Shown here: positions 55,126-64,000 of the stretch, one piece after another | Layout: each line of letters begins with the position of its first letter | How positions within the stretch are numbered: position 1 is the first letter of the stretch | NCBI GenBank assembly: GCA_039026595.1 | Contig: JBCCMA010000002.1 | Coordinates: forward strand, 1,047 to 65,046 | DNA from: Pseudomonadota bacterium | Lineage (GTDB): Bacteria > Pseudomonadota > Gammaproteobacteria > Steroidobacterales > JBCCMA01 | Length of the DNA stretch: 64,000 nt | Direction of reading: 5' to 3' | Translations under genes and position numbers: made by a program | Notes under the pieces: model-generated | Seen by the model: only the letters and a program-made list of their open reading frames with translations | Told to the model about the DNA's origin: nothing | Database searches by the model: none

Positions 55126-56607
55126 ATGACAACGACAAAAACCCCTTCGCTGATCGATGCCCTGCTGCCGATCGGCGCCCTTATCGTGCTACTTGGCTTG
55201 TCGGTCTATCTTTTTGGCGATAGCTCTTCAAGCGGCCCAAATCAGATCGCATTGACCCTCTGCGCCGGTATCGGCGCCCTGGTTTGCATCAAGAACGGGC
55301 ACGCCTGGGACAACGTACTGGCCGCGATTATCAAAGGCATCAGCACGGCTATGGGTGCCATTCTGATTCTGCTGTCCGTCGGCGGACTGATCGGCACATG
55401 GCTGATGGCGGGCACCGTGCCGTCGCTGATCTACTACGGCCTTGAGATCCTCAATCCGCAGTGGTTTTACGCAGCCGCGTGCTTTATTTGTCTGGTGGCA
55501 TCACTGGCCACGGGCAGTTCGTGGACGGTGGCCGGTACGCTGGGCGTGGCCCTGATTGGCGTCGCCATGGGCCTTGGCCTATCGCCTGCGATCGCAGCCG
55601 GGGCCATCGTTTCCGGCGCTTATTTCGGCGACAAGATGTCCCCGTTGTCCGATTCCACCAATCTGGCACCCGCGGTCGTGGGCACCGATCTGTTCCGCCA
55701 CATTCGCCACATGCTCTGGACCACCGGACCGTCGATTTCCATCGCGCTGGTACTGTTCGCGGCGATCGGGTTGCGGGCCGACATCGACACGGCCGCGCAG
55801 GCCGACACGCTCAATACCCTGTCCAGCACGCTCAGCGCGCAATTCAACATCAGTGCGTGGACGCTGATACCAATGGTGGTTGTCTTTGCGATGGCCTACC
55901 GCAAGTTTCCACCTCTGCCTACCATTCTCCTTGGCGCGTTGCTCGGCGGCGCAGTCGCGGTGCTGTTGCAGCCGGACGTGGTGCTGTCCTTCGCCAACTC
56001 GCCCGATCTGCCGCCCGCGCTTGCGATGCTCAAGGGCGTCTGGATCGCGTTGTCTGACGGCTACGTCGCCAGCACCGGCGTCACCGAGGTGGACGAACTG
56101 CTCAGCAACGGCGGCATGAGCTCCATGCTCGTCACCATCTGGTTGATTCTGACGGCGCTGACCTTCGGTGCCGTGCTCGAGTACGGTGGCATGCTGAAGC
56201 GTCTGATCGAATCGGCGATCCGCGGCGCGCGCTCCACGGGCAGTCTCGTGTTTACGGTGGTGGTCAGCGCCATCGGCATCAACATTGTCGCTGCGGATCA
56301 GTACATCGCCATTGTCCTGCCGGGCCGGATGTTCAAGGCCGAGTTCAAACGTCGCGGGCTGGCACCGCACAATCTGTCGCGCGTGATTGAGGACTCGGGC
56401 ACGCTGACCTCACCGTTGATTCCCTGGAATACGTGCGGCGCGTACATGTCCGCCACCCTCGGCGTGGCCACGCTCGCCTATCTGCCGTTTGCGTTCTTTA
56501 ATCTGATCAACCCATTGATGTCGATTCTCTACGGCTTCACGGGTTTCACGATGGAGCGGCTCGATGACGACGACAGTGCCATCGACCGGCCCGGGCAGCC
56601 CGCCTGA
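55126..56607 (+). CDS. nhaC: Na+/H+ antiporter NhaC family protein
   Basis: 493 aa with about 12 TM helices. Motifs: SGAYFGDKMSPLSDSTNLAP and LTSPLIPWNTCGAYM. Confidence 0.88.
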   Translation: MTTTKTPSLIDALLPIGALIVLLGLSVYLFGDSSSSGPNQIALTLCAGIGALVCIKNGHAWDNVLAAIIKGISTAMGAILILLSVGGLIGTWLMAGTVPSLIYYGLEILNPQWFYAAACFICLVASLATGSSWTVAGTLGVALIGVAMGLGLSPAIAAGAIVSGAYFGDKMSPLSDSTNLAPAVVGTDLFRHIRHMLWTTGPSISIALVLFAAIGLRADIDTAAQADTLNTLSSTLSAQFNISAWTLIPMVVVFAMAYRKFPPLPTILLGALLGGAVAVLLQPDVVLSFANSPDLPPALAMLKGVWIALSDGYVASTGVTEVDELLSNGGMSSMLVTIWLILTALTFGAVLEYGGMLKRLIESAIRGARSTGSLVFTVVVSAIGINIVAADQYIAIVLPGRMFKAEFKRRGLAPHNLSRVIEDSGTLTSPLIPWNTCGAYMSATLGVATLAYLPFAFFNLINPLMSILYGFTGFTMERLDDDDSAIDRPGQPA

Positions 56608-57701
56608 TGCGCTTTCGTTTTGGCCTGATTGCCGCCGCACTGGCGCTGCACGGTACGGGCGCGCTGTCGGTCGCCGCACTGGATGATGAGCAAGCGCTTC
56701 GCTTTGCCCATCTGGCGCTGGACTGCGTCCACCGCCCCTATCCGAACAAGATTGCGCACGTGTTGAACACCGACGATGACGCGAGGACGCCGCGCGAACT
56801 CACGCCTGCGTTCTACGGCTGTTTCGACTGGCACTCGGCGGTGCACGGCCATTGGCTTCTGGTGCGACTGGCGGAACGGCTGGAGGATGACACGCTCGGC
56901 TCGGCGCTGCGCGAAGCGGTCATCAGGAACATTACGGAAGATCACATCACGGCTGAGGCCGACTACTTCAACGCTCCGGGACGCGTTGCGTTTGAACGAC
57001 CCTATGGGCTGGCGTGGTTGCTGCAGCTCGCAGCAGAGCTCGATAGTGCTGGCCATGCTGACCTTAAAAATGCACGCGTCGCCCTTGCACCCCTCGAGAA
57101 GATCGTGGTCGATCGCTTCGTGAACTGGCTGCCAAAACTGTCGCACCCGATTCGCACCGGCGAGCATTCCCAGACCGCGTTCGCCTTCGGACTGGTTCTG
57201 GACTACGCGCGGCAAGTCGGACGCACCGATCTGGCCGCGTTGATCGAAGATCGCGCACTTACATTCTACGGCGATGACATCGCCTGCCCGCTGGGATACG
57301 AGCCGTCCGGCCAGGATTTCCTGTCACCCTGCCTGGCTGAAGCCGATCTGATGCGGCGCGTCATGACGTCGAGCGCATTCTCGCGCTGGTTGTCGGCGTT
57401 TCTGCCGACGCTGCCAGAGGACGGCTCAGCGACGTGGCTCGACGTCGCCGTGGTGACGGACAAGAGCGATGGCAAACTGGCTCATCTTGACGGGCTGAAT
57501 CTCAGCCGCGCCTGGATGCTGCGCGGCATTGCATCCGGTCTGCCGGGTGACGACCCAAGACGCGCAGCGCTGCTGTCCGCAGCGCGTCTGCACGCGACAA
57601 GCGGATTGGCCGCCGTCACCGGTGAGGACTACGCCGGCGGCCACTGGCTGGCCAGTTTCGCAACCTACCTGATGACCGATCGCGGACTGAGTCCGGATTA
57701 G
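56607..57701 (+). CDS. DUF2891 family protein
   Basis: Starts on the last base of the nhaC stop codon (TGATG). A signal peptide is followed by CVHRPYPNKIAHVLNTDDDARTPRELTPAFYGCFDWHSAVHGHWLLVRL. Confidence 0.8.
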   Translation: MRFRFGLIAAALALHGTGALSVAALDDEQALRFAHLALDCVHRPYPNKIAHVLNTDDDARTPRELTPAFYGCFDWHSAVHGHWLLVRLAERLEDDTLGSALREAVIRNITEDHITAEADYFNAPGRVAFERPYGLAWLLQLAAELDSAGHADLKNARVALAPLEKIVVDRFVNWLPKLSHPIRTGEHSQTAFAFGLVLDYARQVGRTDLAALIEDRALTFYGDDIACPLGYEPSGQDFLSPCLAEADLMRRVMTSSAFSRWLSAFLPTLPEDGSATWLDVAVVTDKSDGKLAHLDGLNLSRAWMLRGIASGLPGDDPRRAALLSAARLHATSGLAAVTGEDYAGGHWLASFATYLMTDRGLSPD

Positions 57702-57705
57702 AGGA

Positions 57706-58317
57706 TTACGGCGCCGCCTTCGGCGTGAGTGTGACCGACATGGACTTGTACTCACCCTCACCGTGGTCCTCGTACATTGTCATCGTCTCCACAGCCGCAC
57801 CGGGCAGCGATCCGACCGAACGGGTCTTGTAGGATTCCCCGGTTGCCGGATTGGTGCCGGTGCCTGTGAACTCGAGCGTCTGCCCGTCCGCTGAAACCGT
57901 TCCGTACATGACCAGCACGCCCGTCGAGAAGGTGTCCGTCCAGGTGCTCCAGTAGCGCTTGTTCACATTGTCGTACCCGGTACGGCCCACACCCTCAAAA
58001 GGTTGTCCGAAGGCCATGCCGCGCCAGCGCTCGGTGAGCACGCGCCCGCCGAGGTCCATTTCACGCTGGACAGACATCGAGGATGTGAGCGCTGGCTCGC
58101 CGGGCGCCATCCAGAACTTCATGGCCGCGTTATACGCACCGACGCTGTCGGCCAGGTGGGCGTGCTCGGCTCCAGGGGTCATGGCCGCCGCCGCCGCTTC
58201 CATCATGGCGTCGGGATCGAGTGCACCCGGCGCCTCGTTCTCAGCCGCTTCGTGGTGCCCCGCGGCCACTGACGAGCTCAAGACCAGAAGAAAGCAAAGT
58301 GTAGGTGTGCGCAACAT
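57706..58317 (-). CDS. DUF1579 family exported protein
   Basis: A signal peptide is followed by GQPFEGVGRTGYDNVNKRYWSTWTDTFSTG...MTMYEDHGEGEYKSM. Confidence 0.7.
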   Translation of the reverse strand: MLRTPTLCFLLVLSSSVAAGHHEAAENEAPGALDPDAMMEAAAAAMTPGAEHAHLADSVGAYNAAMKFWMAPGEPALTSSMSVQREMDLGGRVLTERWRGMAFGQPFEGVGRTGYDNVNKRYWSTWTDTFSTGVLVMYGTVSADGQTLEFTGTGTNPATGESYKTRSVGSLPGAAVETMTMYEDHGEGEYKSMSVTLTPKAAP

Positions 58318-58368
58318 GATCGGCTCCTCGCTTAACGAGGGAGCAGTATAGCTGACGCGCTGCAGCGC

Positions 58369-58845
58369 TTACCGGTGGACGATATCCGGCCGCTGGGGCG
58401 CGAGCACCGCGAGAAGCCGGTTCTGCGCAGACAGCGGGATATCATTTTGCGTCATCGCTTTTTGCATTAACTCAACCGACACGTTGAATTCGCCGTGCGT
58501 AATACCGATGCCACGGTGCGCATCCGCCATGCTCTGCCCGTGGTAGTCGCAGCCACCGCCGCTTACATGGCAGATGTAGTCGTGCATGACCGGCCGAAAG
58601 TGTTCCCAGTCGGTGAACGCCACAATTTCGGCGACGCGCTCATCGTGTGCCATCATCCATGTGAAGTCCTCAATGAACCGGCGCACAGCCAGCTCGCCGC
58701 CAAGCTGTTCGTACACGCTTTTTTGTGGCGCGGGTGCGTGCGTACTCGCGCAGCCGCTGGCCAGCAACAGCGCCGAGATCAACGCCATGATCACACCCAC
58801 GCGCATGCGCGGCTTGAACTCAGAACGACGCCGAAAGCGAAACAT
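58369..58845 (-). CDS. group-1 truncated haemoglobin (TrHb) with a lipoprotein-type signal peptide
   Basis: Met19 (ATG at 58845) is preceded by AAAGAGG. The signal peptide and lipobox read MFRFRRRSEFKPRMRVGVIMALISALLLASGC. The globin core reads VYEQLGGELAVRRFIEDF...MADAHRGIGITHGEFNVSVELMQKAM. Confidence 0.8.
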   Translation of the reverse strand: MFRFRRRSEFKPRMRVGVIMALISALLLASGCASTHAPAPQKSVYEQLGGELAVRRFIEDFTWMMAHDERVAEIVAFTDWEHFRPVMHDYICHVSGGGCDYHGQSMADAHRGIGITHGEFNVSVELMQKAMTQNDIPLSAQNRLLAVLAPQRPDIVHR

Positions 58846-59698
58846 ACACACCTCTTTGATTTTCCAATGTGCCAACGTCACCAAGGGACGCGAACGCACC
58901 CACCACGGTCACATTCTTGTTAACAAACCACGCACCGAAGACATCGAACCAATCCTCTTCCTGCGCAAAAGACAGGTTGTCCGGTTTTTGTCGATACTCG
59001 GCACCGAGGGCAAACCTGCGGTTCAGCAAGAGTGCCGCGCTGGCTTCAAAAACGAGTGTGCGCTCACCGAGGTCGCCGCCAAAGCCCATCAGCCCATCCT
59101 GATTGGCGGCGGTGGTGCGCAGTGTGCCGTTCACCAGAAACTGTCGACCGAACGGCCCGTCGAGAAACAGGCGGCTCGCCGCGATATAGAAATCAACACC
59201 CGAATCGTCGAGCGCGCCGGCGACGGACGGCACCAGAAAGTCCAGATGCTGCTTGTATTGCAAACCGAACGACACCTGGGGCAGATCGCCGTAAATGAGA
59301 TCACCCACAACCCGGACCTTCACGCCGAATACGTCCTGTCGGAGGCGCGCATCGGGCTCGAGATTCAGAGGACCGCTAAGCACACTGATGTCGAAATCCT
59401 GCCGAGCGTAGGACACCTCCACGCGGTTGCGCCATGACCAGGCACCGCCCACAACGCTCAACTCATAGTCATCAAAGCTGGCGCGCGTGGCGTAAACTGA
59501 TCCGCCGGTCTCATCTTCCGTGCCGTAGCCTGCGAGGACCGCCCACGGTACGATGCCGCCGCCAGCGGCGCCGCCTGTGGTCATGGCCCCCCCGGTGCCG
59601 AGCAAACGCCCGTCCGCCATCGCCTGCGGAGCGATCAGGAAACACGCTGCGAAAACGCCAATCAGGCGGCGTGTTCGTTCAGATGTTGCTGCAGCCAT
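58820..59698 (-). CDS. exported beta-rich protein resembling DUF3034 (possible outer-membrane protein)
   Basis: A signal peptide is followed by DGRLLGTGGAMTTGGAAGGGIVPWAVLAGYGTEDETGG, and the protein ends in an aromatic residue (...SLSASF). The family name is from memory. Confidence 0.65.
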   Translation of the reverse strand: MAAATSERTRRLIGVFAACFLIAPQAMADGRLLGTGGAMTTGGAAGGGIVPWAVLAGYGTEDETGGSVYATRASFDDYELSVVGGAWSWRNRVEVSYARQDFDISVLSGPLNLEPDARLRQDVFGVKVRVVGDLIYGDLPQVSFGLQYKQHLDFLVPSVAGALDDSGVDFYIAASRLFLDGPFGRQFLVNGTLRTTAANQDGLMGFGGDLGERTLVFEASAALLLNRRFALGAEYRQKPDNLSFAQEEDWFDVFGAWFVNKNVTVVGAFASLGDVGTLENQRGVYVSLSASF

Positions 59699-62007
59699 TG
59701 TTCGTAGTCCGTGGAGGTAAGGGGTTTGGCGTAGAAGTAGCCCTGCAGATATTCGCAGCCGAACTCAATAAGCAGGTCCCGGCTGCGCTCGTTATCAACA
59801 CCTTCGGCCACAACCTTGAGGCCCATGTTGTGTGCGAGCTCAATCGTTGACCGGACGATCACTTCGTCGTCGTGGTTATTCGCCATACTCATAACAAACG
59901 ACTTGTCGATCTTCAGCACCTGCACTGGCAGTTGTTTGAGCTGAGCCAGCGAGGAATGTCCCGTCCCGAAATCATCAATGGACAGCGTCACACCGATATC
60001 ACGCAGGGATTTCAATGTGGACACAGCACGCCCGGCATCGGTCATCACCGCACTTTCGGTCACTTCGAGGTTAAGACGCGACGCCGGCATGCCGTGGCGT
60101 TTGAGGATGTCGGCCACGCGGGCCGGCAGGTCTTCATCGAGGAGATCCAGCGCGGACAGGTTGACCGCCACATCCACTTTCAGATTGCGATCCTGCCATT
60201 CACGCATCTGTCGGACGCTTTCGTTCAACACCCAGTCGGTGAGCAACCCGATGTTGCCCGACTCCTCGGCCAACTCGATGAACTGATCCGGAAAAATCAC
60301 ACCGCGCTCTGGATGCGTCCAGCGCACCAGTGCCTCGACGTACGCGATCTCGTGGTCGTCCGGTCGCACTTTTGGCTGGTAGTTGAGAATCAACGCATCG
60401 TTGGCCACCGCCTCAACCAGGTCATTGACCAGCGCCAGTTTCTGCAGATGCGCCTCGTCCTGACCTTTTTCGTAGAGACGCAGGGGAACCTGCTGTTCTT
60501 TTGCCGCGTACATGGCGATGTCGGCGCGCCGCAGGAGACTCGCGCCATCTTCAGCGTCCTCGGGGAACACCGCGAGGCCCATGCTCATGCTGACGTTGAT
60601 GGTCACATTGTCGATGGACAACGGCGCTGTAAGCTGGTCTTGAATGCGGTGCACGAACGCGCGCGCCTGATCGGCGCTACAGTCATCCAGCAGCAGCAGG
60701 AATTCGTCTCCGCCAAGTCGCGCTACGGTGTCCACTTCGCGGACGAGTTCACGCAAGCGCTGCGCCACGCCCACGAGGACCGCGTCGCCGATCGTGTGGC
60801 CCAGCGTGTCGTTGATTTCTTTGAACCGGTTGAGGTCGACCATCAACGCGCTGAACGGCTGACCAAAGCGGCGTGCACGGGCCATCGCGTGTTCGAGGCG
60901 ATCGTCAACAACCGCGCGGTTCGGCAAATCGGTCAGCGCATCGTGGGAGGCCGCATGGCGAATGCTCTCTTCGCGCTCGGCAATGCCGCGCTGCATGACG
61001 TTAAACGTTTCGGCCAGCTGTCCGAGCTCATCGCCACGCGTCACCTCGATGGGACGCTCGTAGTCCCCGCCACCGATACGACGGGCGGCCGCGAGGAGCC
61101 AGAGCACGGGCCGGGTGATGCTGTCCGAGAGCTTGCTGGCGAACAGCAACGACAGCAGCAGAGCGACAACAAACACCACGGACAGCTGCAATTTAAGCGT
61201 TCGATAGGATTGCAGTGCGCGCGCCAGGGGCACGTGCAGCAGCGCATGCGCCGAGTCGTCGCCCACCAGGGGAAGACTCCGTGTCAGCGTGGTGTCCTCA
61301 CCCAGCTGCGATGTCACGACCTCGGTAAGCGCGTCGTCGTAGTCAATCTGTGCCACGTCAGCGCGTTCGGCCGGTCGCAGCGAACTGCCCGACACCTGCC
61401 CGTTCTCCGACAGGACAAAGGACACGTCGAGCGAGGTCAGATCGCGCATCTGATTGGCCAGCTGATCGCCCAGCTCAAAACCGACCCAGATCCAGCCCAC
61501 CTGCCCCGGCGCGAAAACCGGCTGCGCCACAATCTGGTACGGCACGCCGCCCAGCGCGACCACAACATGACTGGAGTCGTTATCGGAAATAGCGACGTTC
61601 AAAAGGTGGTCGTAGTCGGCACGTTCTGGTTCACGAACCATGCCGGCACTCATAAACTGGTCATCGATGCTCTGGAAGATCATCAAATCCGAGCCGATTC
61701 GCTGCGCCTGATTCACCAGAGCAAGCCGGATGGTCTCCTCGTCACGACTTGCAACCGCGCTTTTGAAACCAAAATCCCGTGCAAGCAGTTGCACGGAGTT
61801 ATCGAGCTGCGCGGCGCGCGTATCAAACACCTCCGCGAAAATGCGTCGGCCCAACTCCACATCGTCGAGCGCACGGGACATCGCGCTGGAACGTGTGGTC
61901 GCGAGGACGGCCACCAGAGCGACAACCTGAGACACGATCAGGAGCCCCACGATCACGAGGAGGACTCGCGCTCGAAGCCCGAGCGATGTTTTGTTGAATG
62001 ACGCCAT
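59662..62007 (-). CDS. periplasmic-sensor HAMP-GGDEF-EAL protein (c-di-GMP synthase/phosphodiesterase)
   Basis: Two TM helices flank a ~250-aa periplasmic region, followed by HAMP. The GGDEF domain has RLGGDEFLLLL. The EAL domain has EALVRW, DDFGTGHSSL and QGYFYAKP. Confidence 0.92.
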   Translation of the reverse strand: MASFNKTSLGLRARVLLVIVGLLIVSQVVALVAVLATTRSSAMSRALDDVELGRRIFAEVFDTRAAQLDNSVQLLARDFGFKSAVASRDEETIRLALVNQAQRIGSDLMIFQSIDDQFMSAGMVREPERADYDHLLNVAISDNDSSHVVVALGGVPYQIVAQPVFAPGQVGWIWVGFELGDQLANQMRDLTSLDVSFVLSENGQVSGSSLRPAERADVAQIDYDDALTEVVTSQLGEDTTLTRSLPLVGDDSAHALLHVPLARALQSYRTLKLQLSVVFVVALLLSLLFASKLSDSITRPVLWLLAAARRIGGGDYERPIEVTRGDELGQLAETFNVMQRGIAEREESIRHAASHDALTDLPNRAVVDDRLEHAMARARRFGQPFSALMVDLNRFKEINDTLGHTIGDAVLVGVAQRLRELVREVDTVARLGGDEFLLLLDDCSADQARAFVHRIQDQLTAPLSIDNVTINVSMSMGLAVFPEDAEDGASLLRRADIAMYAAKEQQVPLRLYEKGQDEAHLQKLALVNDLVEAVANDALILNYQPKVRPDDHEIAYVEALVRWTHPERGVIFPDQFIELAEESGNIGLLTDWVLNESVRQMREWQDRNLKVDVAVNLSALDLLDEDLPARVADILKRHGMPASRLNLEVTESAVMTDAGRAVSTLKSLRDIGVTLSIDDFGTGHSSLAQLKQLPVQVLKIDKSFVMSMANNHDDEVIVRSTIELAHNMGLKVVAEGVDNERSRDLLIEFGCEYLQGYFYAKPLTSTDYEQWLQQHLNEHAA

Positions 62008-62024
62008 GAACCCGATCAGCCGGA

Positions 62025-62669
62025 TCAGCGCTGTCTATGCTTTGGCGGTTTGATCGGGCCGGGGCGCGACGGCCGCGGCGCCGTTGCGCGCAGGTTTAAG
62101 GCCACCGACGTAGCAGTATTGCCAGGCGAGTAGTCCGTCTTGGTGTAACCGTCACCCGCCTGATCCGGGTGCCACACCGTGAGCGCAACCGTCTTGCCGT
62201 CAGGCGCATCCAGGCTCGCCACTCCGCTTTCGTCGGTGATGGCGTAATACGGCGACTCGATGACGTAAACCACACCATACATCCAATCATGCACATTGCA
62301 TCCGATGGTGACGATGCCGGTCTTGTCGAACGTTATGGGCTCTGAGGGCGTGCCTTTGTACAGCTCAATTTCGAAACTGCGAGCCGGGGAGAACGAGTAC
62401 ACATGGTGACGCGCCCGGTCGCGGTTCGGAAAATCGACAGGGGTGCCTCGGCTGACGACAGAGATTGGGGGATCAAACTCGGCGTTCTTCTGACCAATGC
62501 TCGTATTGGCCGCGCCGGCTGGCATCACCGAACCGTCAGATACCATGACGAGTGCGTTCGGCACGGGCTGCTCATACTGGTCGACAACCTGAACGGTCAT
62601 CGGTCCCGCTGCGGCGCTCGCACTGGCCCAAAAAGCAAACACACACACCCAGTCCCTGGGTTGATTCAT
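62025..62669 (-). CDS. exported cupredoxin-like protein (family often annotated 'methylamine utilization protein')
   Basis: Met12 (ATG at 62669) starts the signal peptide MNQPRDWVCVFAFWASASAAAG. Motifs: VDFPNRDRARHHVYSFS and GCNVHDWMYGVVYV. It lies 17 nt upstream of the GGDEF-EAL gene. Confidence 0.6.
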   Translation of the reverse strand: MNQPRDWVCVFAFWASASAAAGPMTVQVVDQYEQPVPNALVMVSDGSVMPAGAANTSIGQKNAEFDPPISVVSRGTPVDFPNRDRARHHVYSFSPARSFEIELYKGTPSEPITFDKTGIVTIGCNVHDWMYGVVYVIESPYYAITDESGVASLDAPDGKTVALTVWHPDQAGDGYTKTDYSPGNTATSVALNLRATAPRPSRPGPIKPPKHRQR

Positions 62670-62898
62670 AAGTTCCCGACACATGGCGGGAAGGTTAAAC
62701 AAGCGGTGGGTAAACGACTGCGGACCAGTTCAAATTATGTGGCCTGTTACATATGACATAACAAGGGCGAACCAACTTGATGAATCTGGACATTGTCTTC
62801 ACAAACTCTGGGTCTTCGGTGCGTACTCGGGGCGTATCTTGAGCAGCGTGGAGACAACGCCCCGGCGCCTCCCCTGAACCCCAGAAAGGAGATTCCCC

Positions 62899-63336
62899 AT
62901 GACCTCAACCCACTTCAATCCACGTACTGTACTGATAAGCGTATTCCTGACCGCCTGGGCCGCGGGTGCCCACGCCGAGCCGGGTCAGCGCAATTTCGAT
63001 CGGCTCGCGAAAAAACTCAATCTGACGACCGAACAGCAGGCCAGCGTTGAGCAGATCCGTGCGGCATACACACCCGACCGCGATGCGCGCCAGGCCCAGC
63101 GCGAGGAAGTCAAAGCGCTGGTTGAAAGCGGTAACGCCGATGCCGCCGCAGACCTCGCGGCCAGCCACGCACGCGAGGCCGTGCTGCGCCGCGCGCAAAT
63201 GCGCAATGAGCTGAGCCAGGTTTTGACCGAAGACCAGATGCAGCAACTCGACGCGATGATGGAAAAACGGCGCGATCGAAGCGGCAAACAGCGCCGGCGC
63301 GGCCAACGGGGTGGTTTTGGCGACAACACCGGCTAA
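62899..63336 (+). CDS. Spy/CpxP-family periplasmic chaperone-like protein
   Basis: AGGAGA lies upstream and a signal peptide is present. The LTxxQ repeats are LTTEQQASVEQI and LTEDQMQQLDAM, followed by a basic C-terminal tail. Confidence 0.8.
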   Translation: MTSTHFNPRTVLISVFLTAWAAGAHAEPGQRNFDRLAKKLNLTTEQQASVEQIRAAYTPDRDARQAQREEVKALVESGNADAAADLAASHAREAVLRRAQMRNELSQVLTEDQMQQLDAMMEKRRDRSGKQRRRGQRGGFGDNTG

Positions 63337-63387
63337 CGGCGATCGATCCCTGGAGCTGTGGTGTCTACCCCGCCACAGCCATTGATG

Positions 63388-63424
63388 GGCCGGACGAGCG
63401 TCATCCTCGTCCGGCCTTTTTTTT
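63388..63424 (+). terminator. rho-independent terminator (possibly bidirectional, between convergent genes)
   Basis: An 11-bp stem ggccggacgag/ctcgtccggcc with a 7-nt loop, followed by T8 (63417-63424). It lies 52 nt after the Spy-like stop. Confidence 0.75.
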
Positions 63425-63434
63425 GGTCTTAGGC

Positions 63435-64000
63435 TTACCAGTGCGCGCGATGGAAGTGCTCCAACCCGGCAAGGAACGTGACGTTTTCAGGGAACAGCGC
63501 GCGATTGGTGCGCGCGTCGGGAATCGCGATCACTTGCATGCCGGCAGCGATGCCCGAATGCGCGCCGGCCGGCGAATCCTCGAACACGAGGCAAGTTGCC
63601 GGTTCCACACCCAGTTTCGACGCCGCCACCAGAAAGACATCCGGCGCAGGTTTGCCTTGGGCAACTTCATCGTCTTCTGCGGATACCACGACGTTGAACA
63701 ACGAAAACCATGACTGATGACGCGTGGTCTTGAGCGCCAACAAAGGCCTTGACGAACCGGTGGCCACCGCAATGGGGATGCCCTGCTTATGGAGCGCACG
63801 CACGAGGGCCTTAGCGCCCGGTTTGGCCTCGGCGTCGACAAATAACTCGCTTAAAACCTCGTCTCGCTCCCGGGAATAGGTTTCGGGGGAGATCGGTAGC
63901 GACAAGGTGTTTACGAGGTAGCGAGCGACCTCCGCGGACGGGCGCCCCATGACCGTCTCCTTGATCGCCCAGTCGTAACGCTTGCCGTAGCGCGCCAGCA
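63435..64000 (-). CDS. HAD-superfamily hydrolase (beta-phosphoglucomutase/phosphatase-like), 5' end off the right edge
   Basis: The track ORF is 63435..63950, but the frame stays open upstream to base 64000 (LLARYGKRYDWAIKETVMGRP...). The HAD motifs are IPIAVATGS and LVFEDSPAGAHSGIAAGMQVIAIPD. The N-terminal DxD motif lies outside the window. Confidence 0.8.
   Translation of the reverse strand, partial: LARYGKRYDWAIKETVMGRPSAEVARYLVNTLSLPISPETYSRERDEVLSELFVDAEAKPGAKALVRALHKQGIPIAVATGSSRPLLALKTTRHQSWFSLFNVVVSAEDDEVAQGKPAPDVFLVAASKLGVEPATCLVFEDSPAGAHSGIAAGMQVIAIPDARTNRALFPENVTFLAGLEHFHRAHW

Noticed and set aside
59872-62001. 709-aa plus-strand ORF
   Set aside because: It is entirely antisense to the HAMP-GGDEF-EAL gene, whose frame shows unmistakable RLGGDEF and EALVRW motifs. 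The product of the plus ORF is Arg/His/Gln-rich junk. Long open antisense frames are expected at this GC content.
1-64000. rRNA, tRNA, IS elements, integrases, prophage genes and CRISPR-cas
   Set aside because: None was recognised on either strand. All sizeable intergenic regions were read by eye, but no covariance or HMM scan was possible, so small ncRNAs cannot be excluded.

Overview
This is a 64-kb high-GC chromosomal segment: hand counts on sample lines give about 58-65% G+C, with two lower-GC patches. The gene content looks like a marine-type gammaproteobacterium, but that is inference only. All family names come from motifs I read in the translations; no database search was run. I support about 60 protein-coding genes, one multiply disrupted pseudogene and one gene remnant. 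I saw no rRNA, tRNA, CRISPR array, transposase or integrase.

Gene blocks, left to right:
- A sigma-54/NtrC-type two-component pair lies divergent from a HlyD-ABC-FtsX efflux operon that carries a textbook sigma-54 promoter.
- A PAS-type MCP follows.
- Next is a decayed FG-GAP/TSP3 gene.
- An ECF sigma factor and a CadC-like wHTH-TPR regulator sit beside a cluster of orphan secreted proteins and lipoproteins. One of these is a triple-repeat protein with a GlyGly-CTERM-like tail.
- A roughly 2.8-kb low-GC islet ends near a degenerate copy of the 3' end of hlyIII.
- Housekeeping and miscellaneous genes follow: GDPD, hemolysin III, RluA, a desaturase, CRTAC1-like, an ABC-2 exporter, an amidohydrolase and Ada.
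- A che cluster reads cheY, CheX-like, cheA, cheW, STAS, cheB, NIT-MCP, cheD, with no cheR.
- After that come HupE, AIM24, GNAT, two divergent DUF2959 paralogues, an ABC-type ATPase, a Tat-exported haloperoxidase-like protein, NhaC and several DUF proteins.
- A c-di-GMP operon ends in a lipoprotein-type truncated haemoglobin.
- The window closes with a Spy/CpxP-like gene and a partial HAD hydrolase.

The best candidate for an undescribed system is the minus-strand operon at 32009-36454. It encodes a 61-aa peptide with four PGPPDERxR repeats whose DNA differs almost only at synonymous sites. A terminator-like hairpin follows the peptide gene. Next come a caspase (C14) protein with a DUF4384-like C-terminus and a CHAT protease that carries a transmembrane helix and an unassignable C-terminal domain. 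The operon is divergent from a membrane TPR protein.
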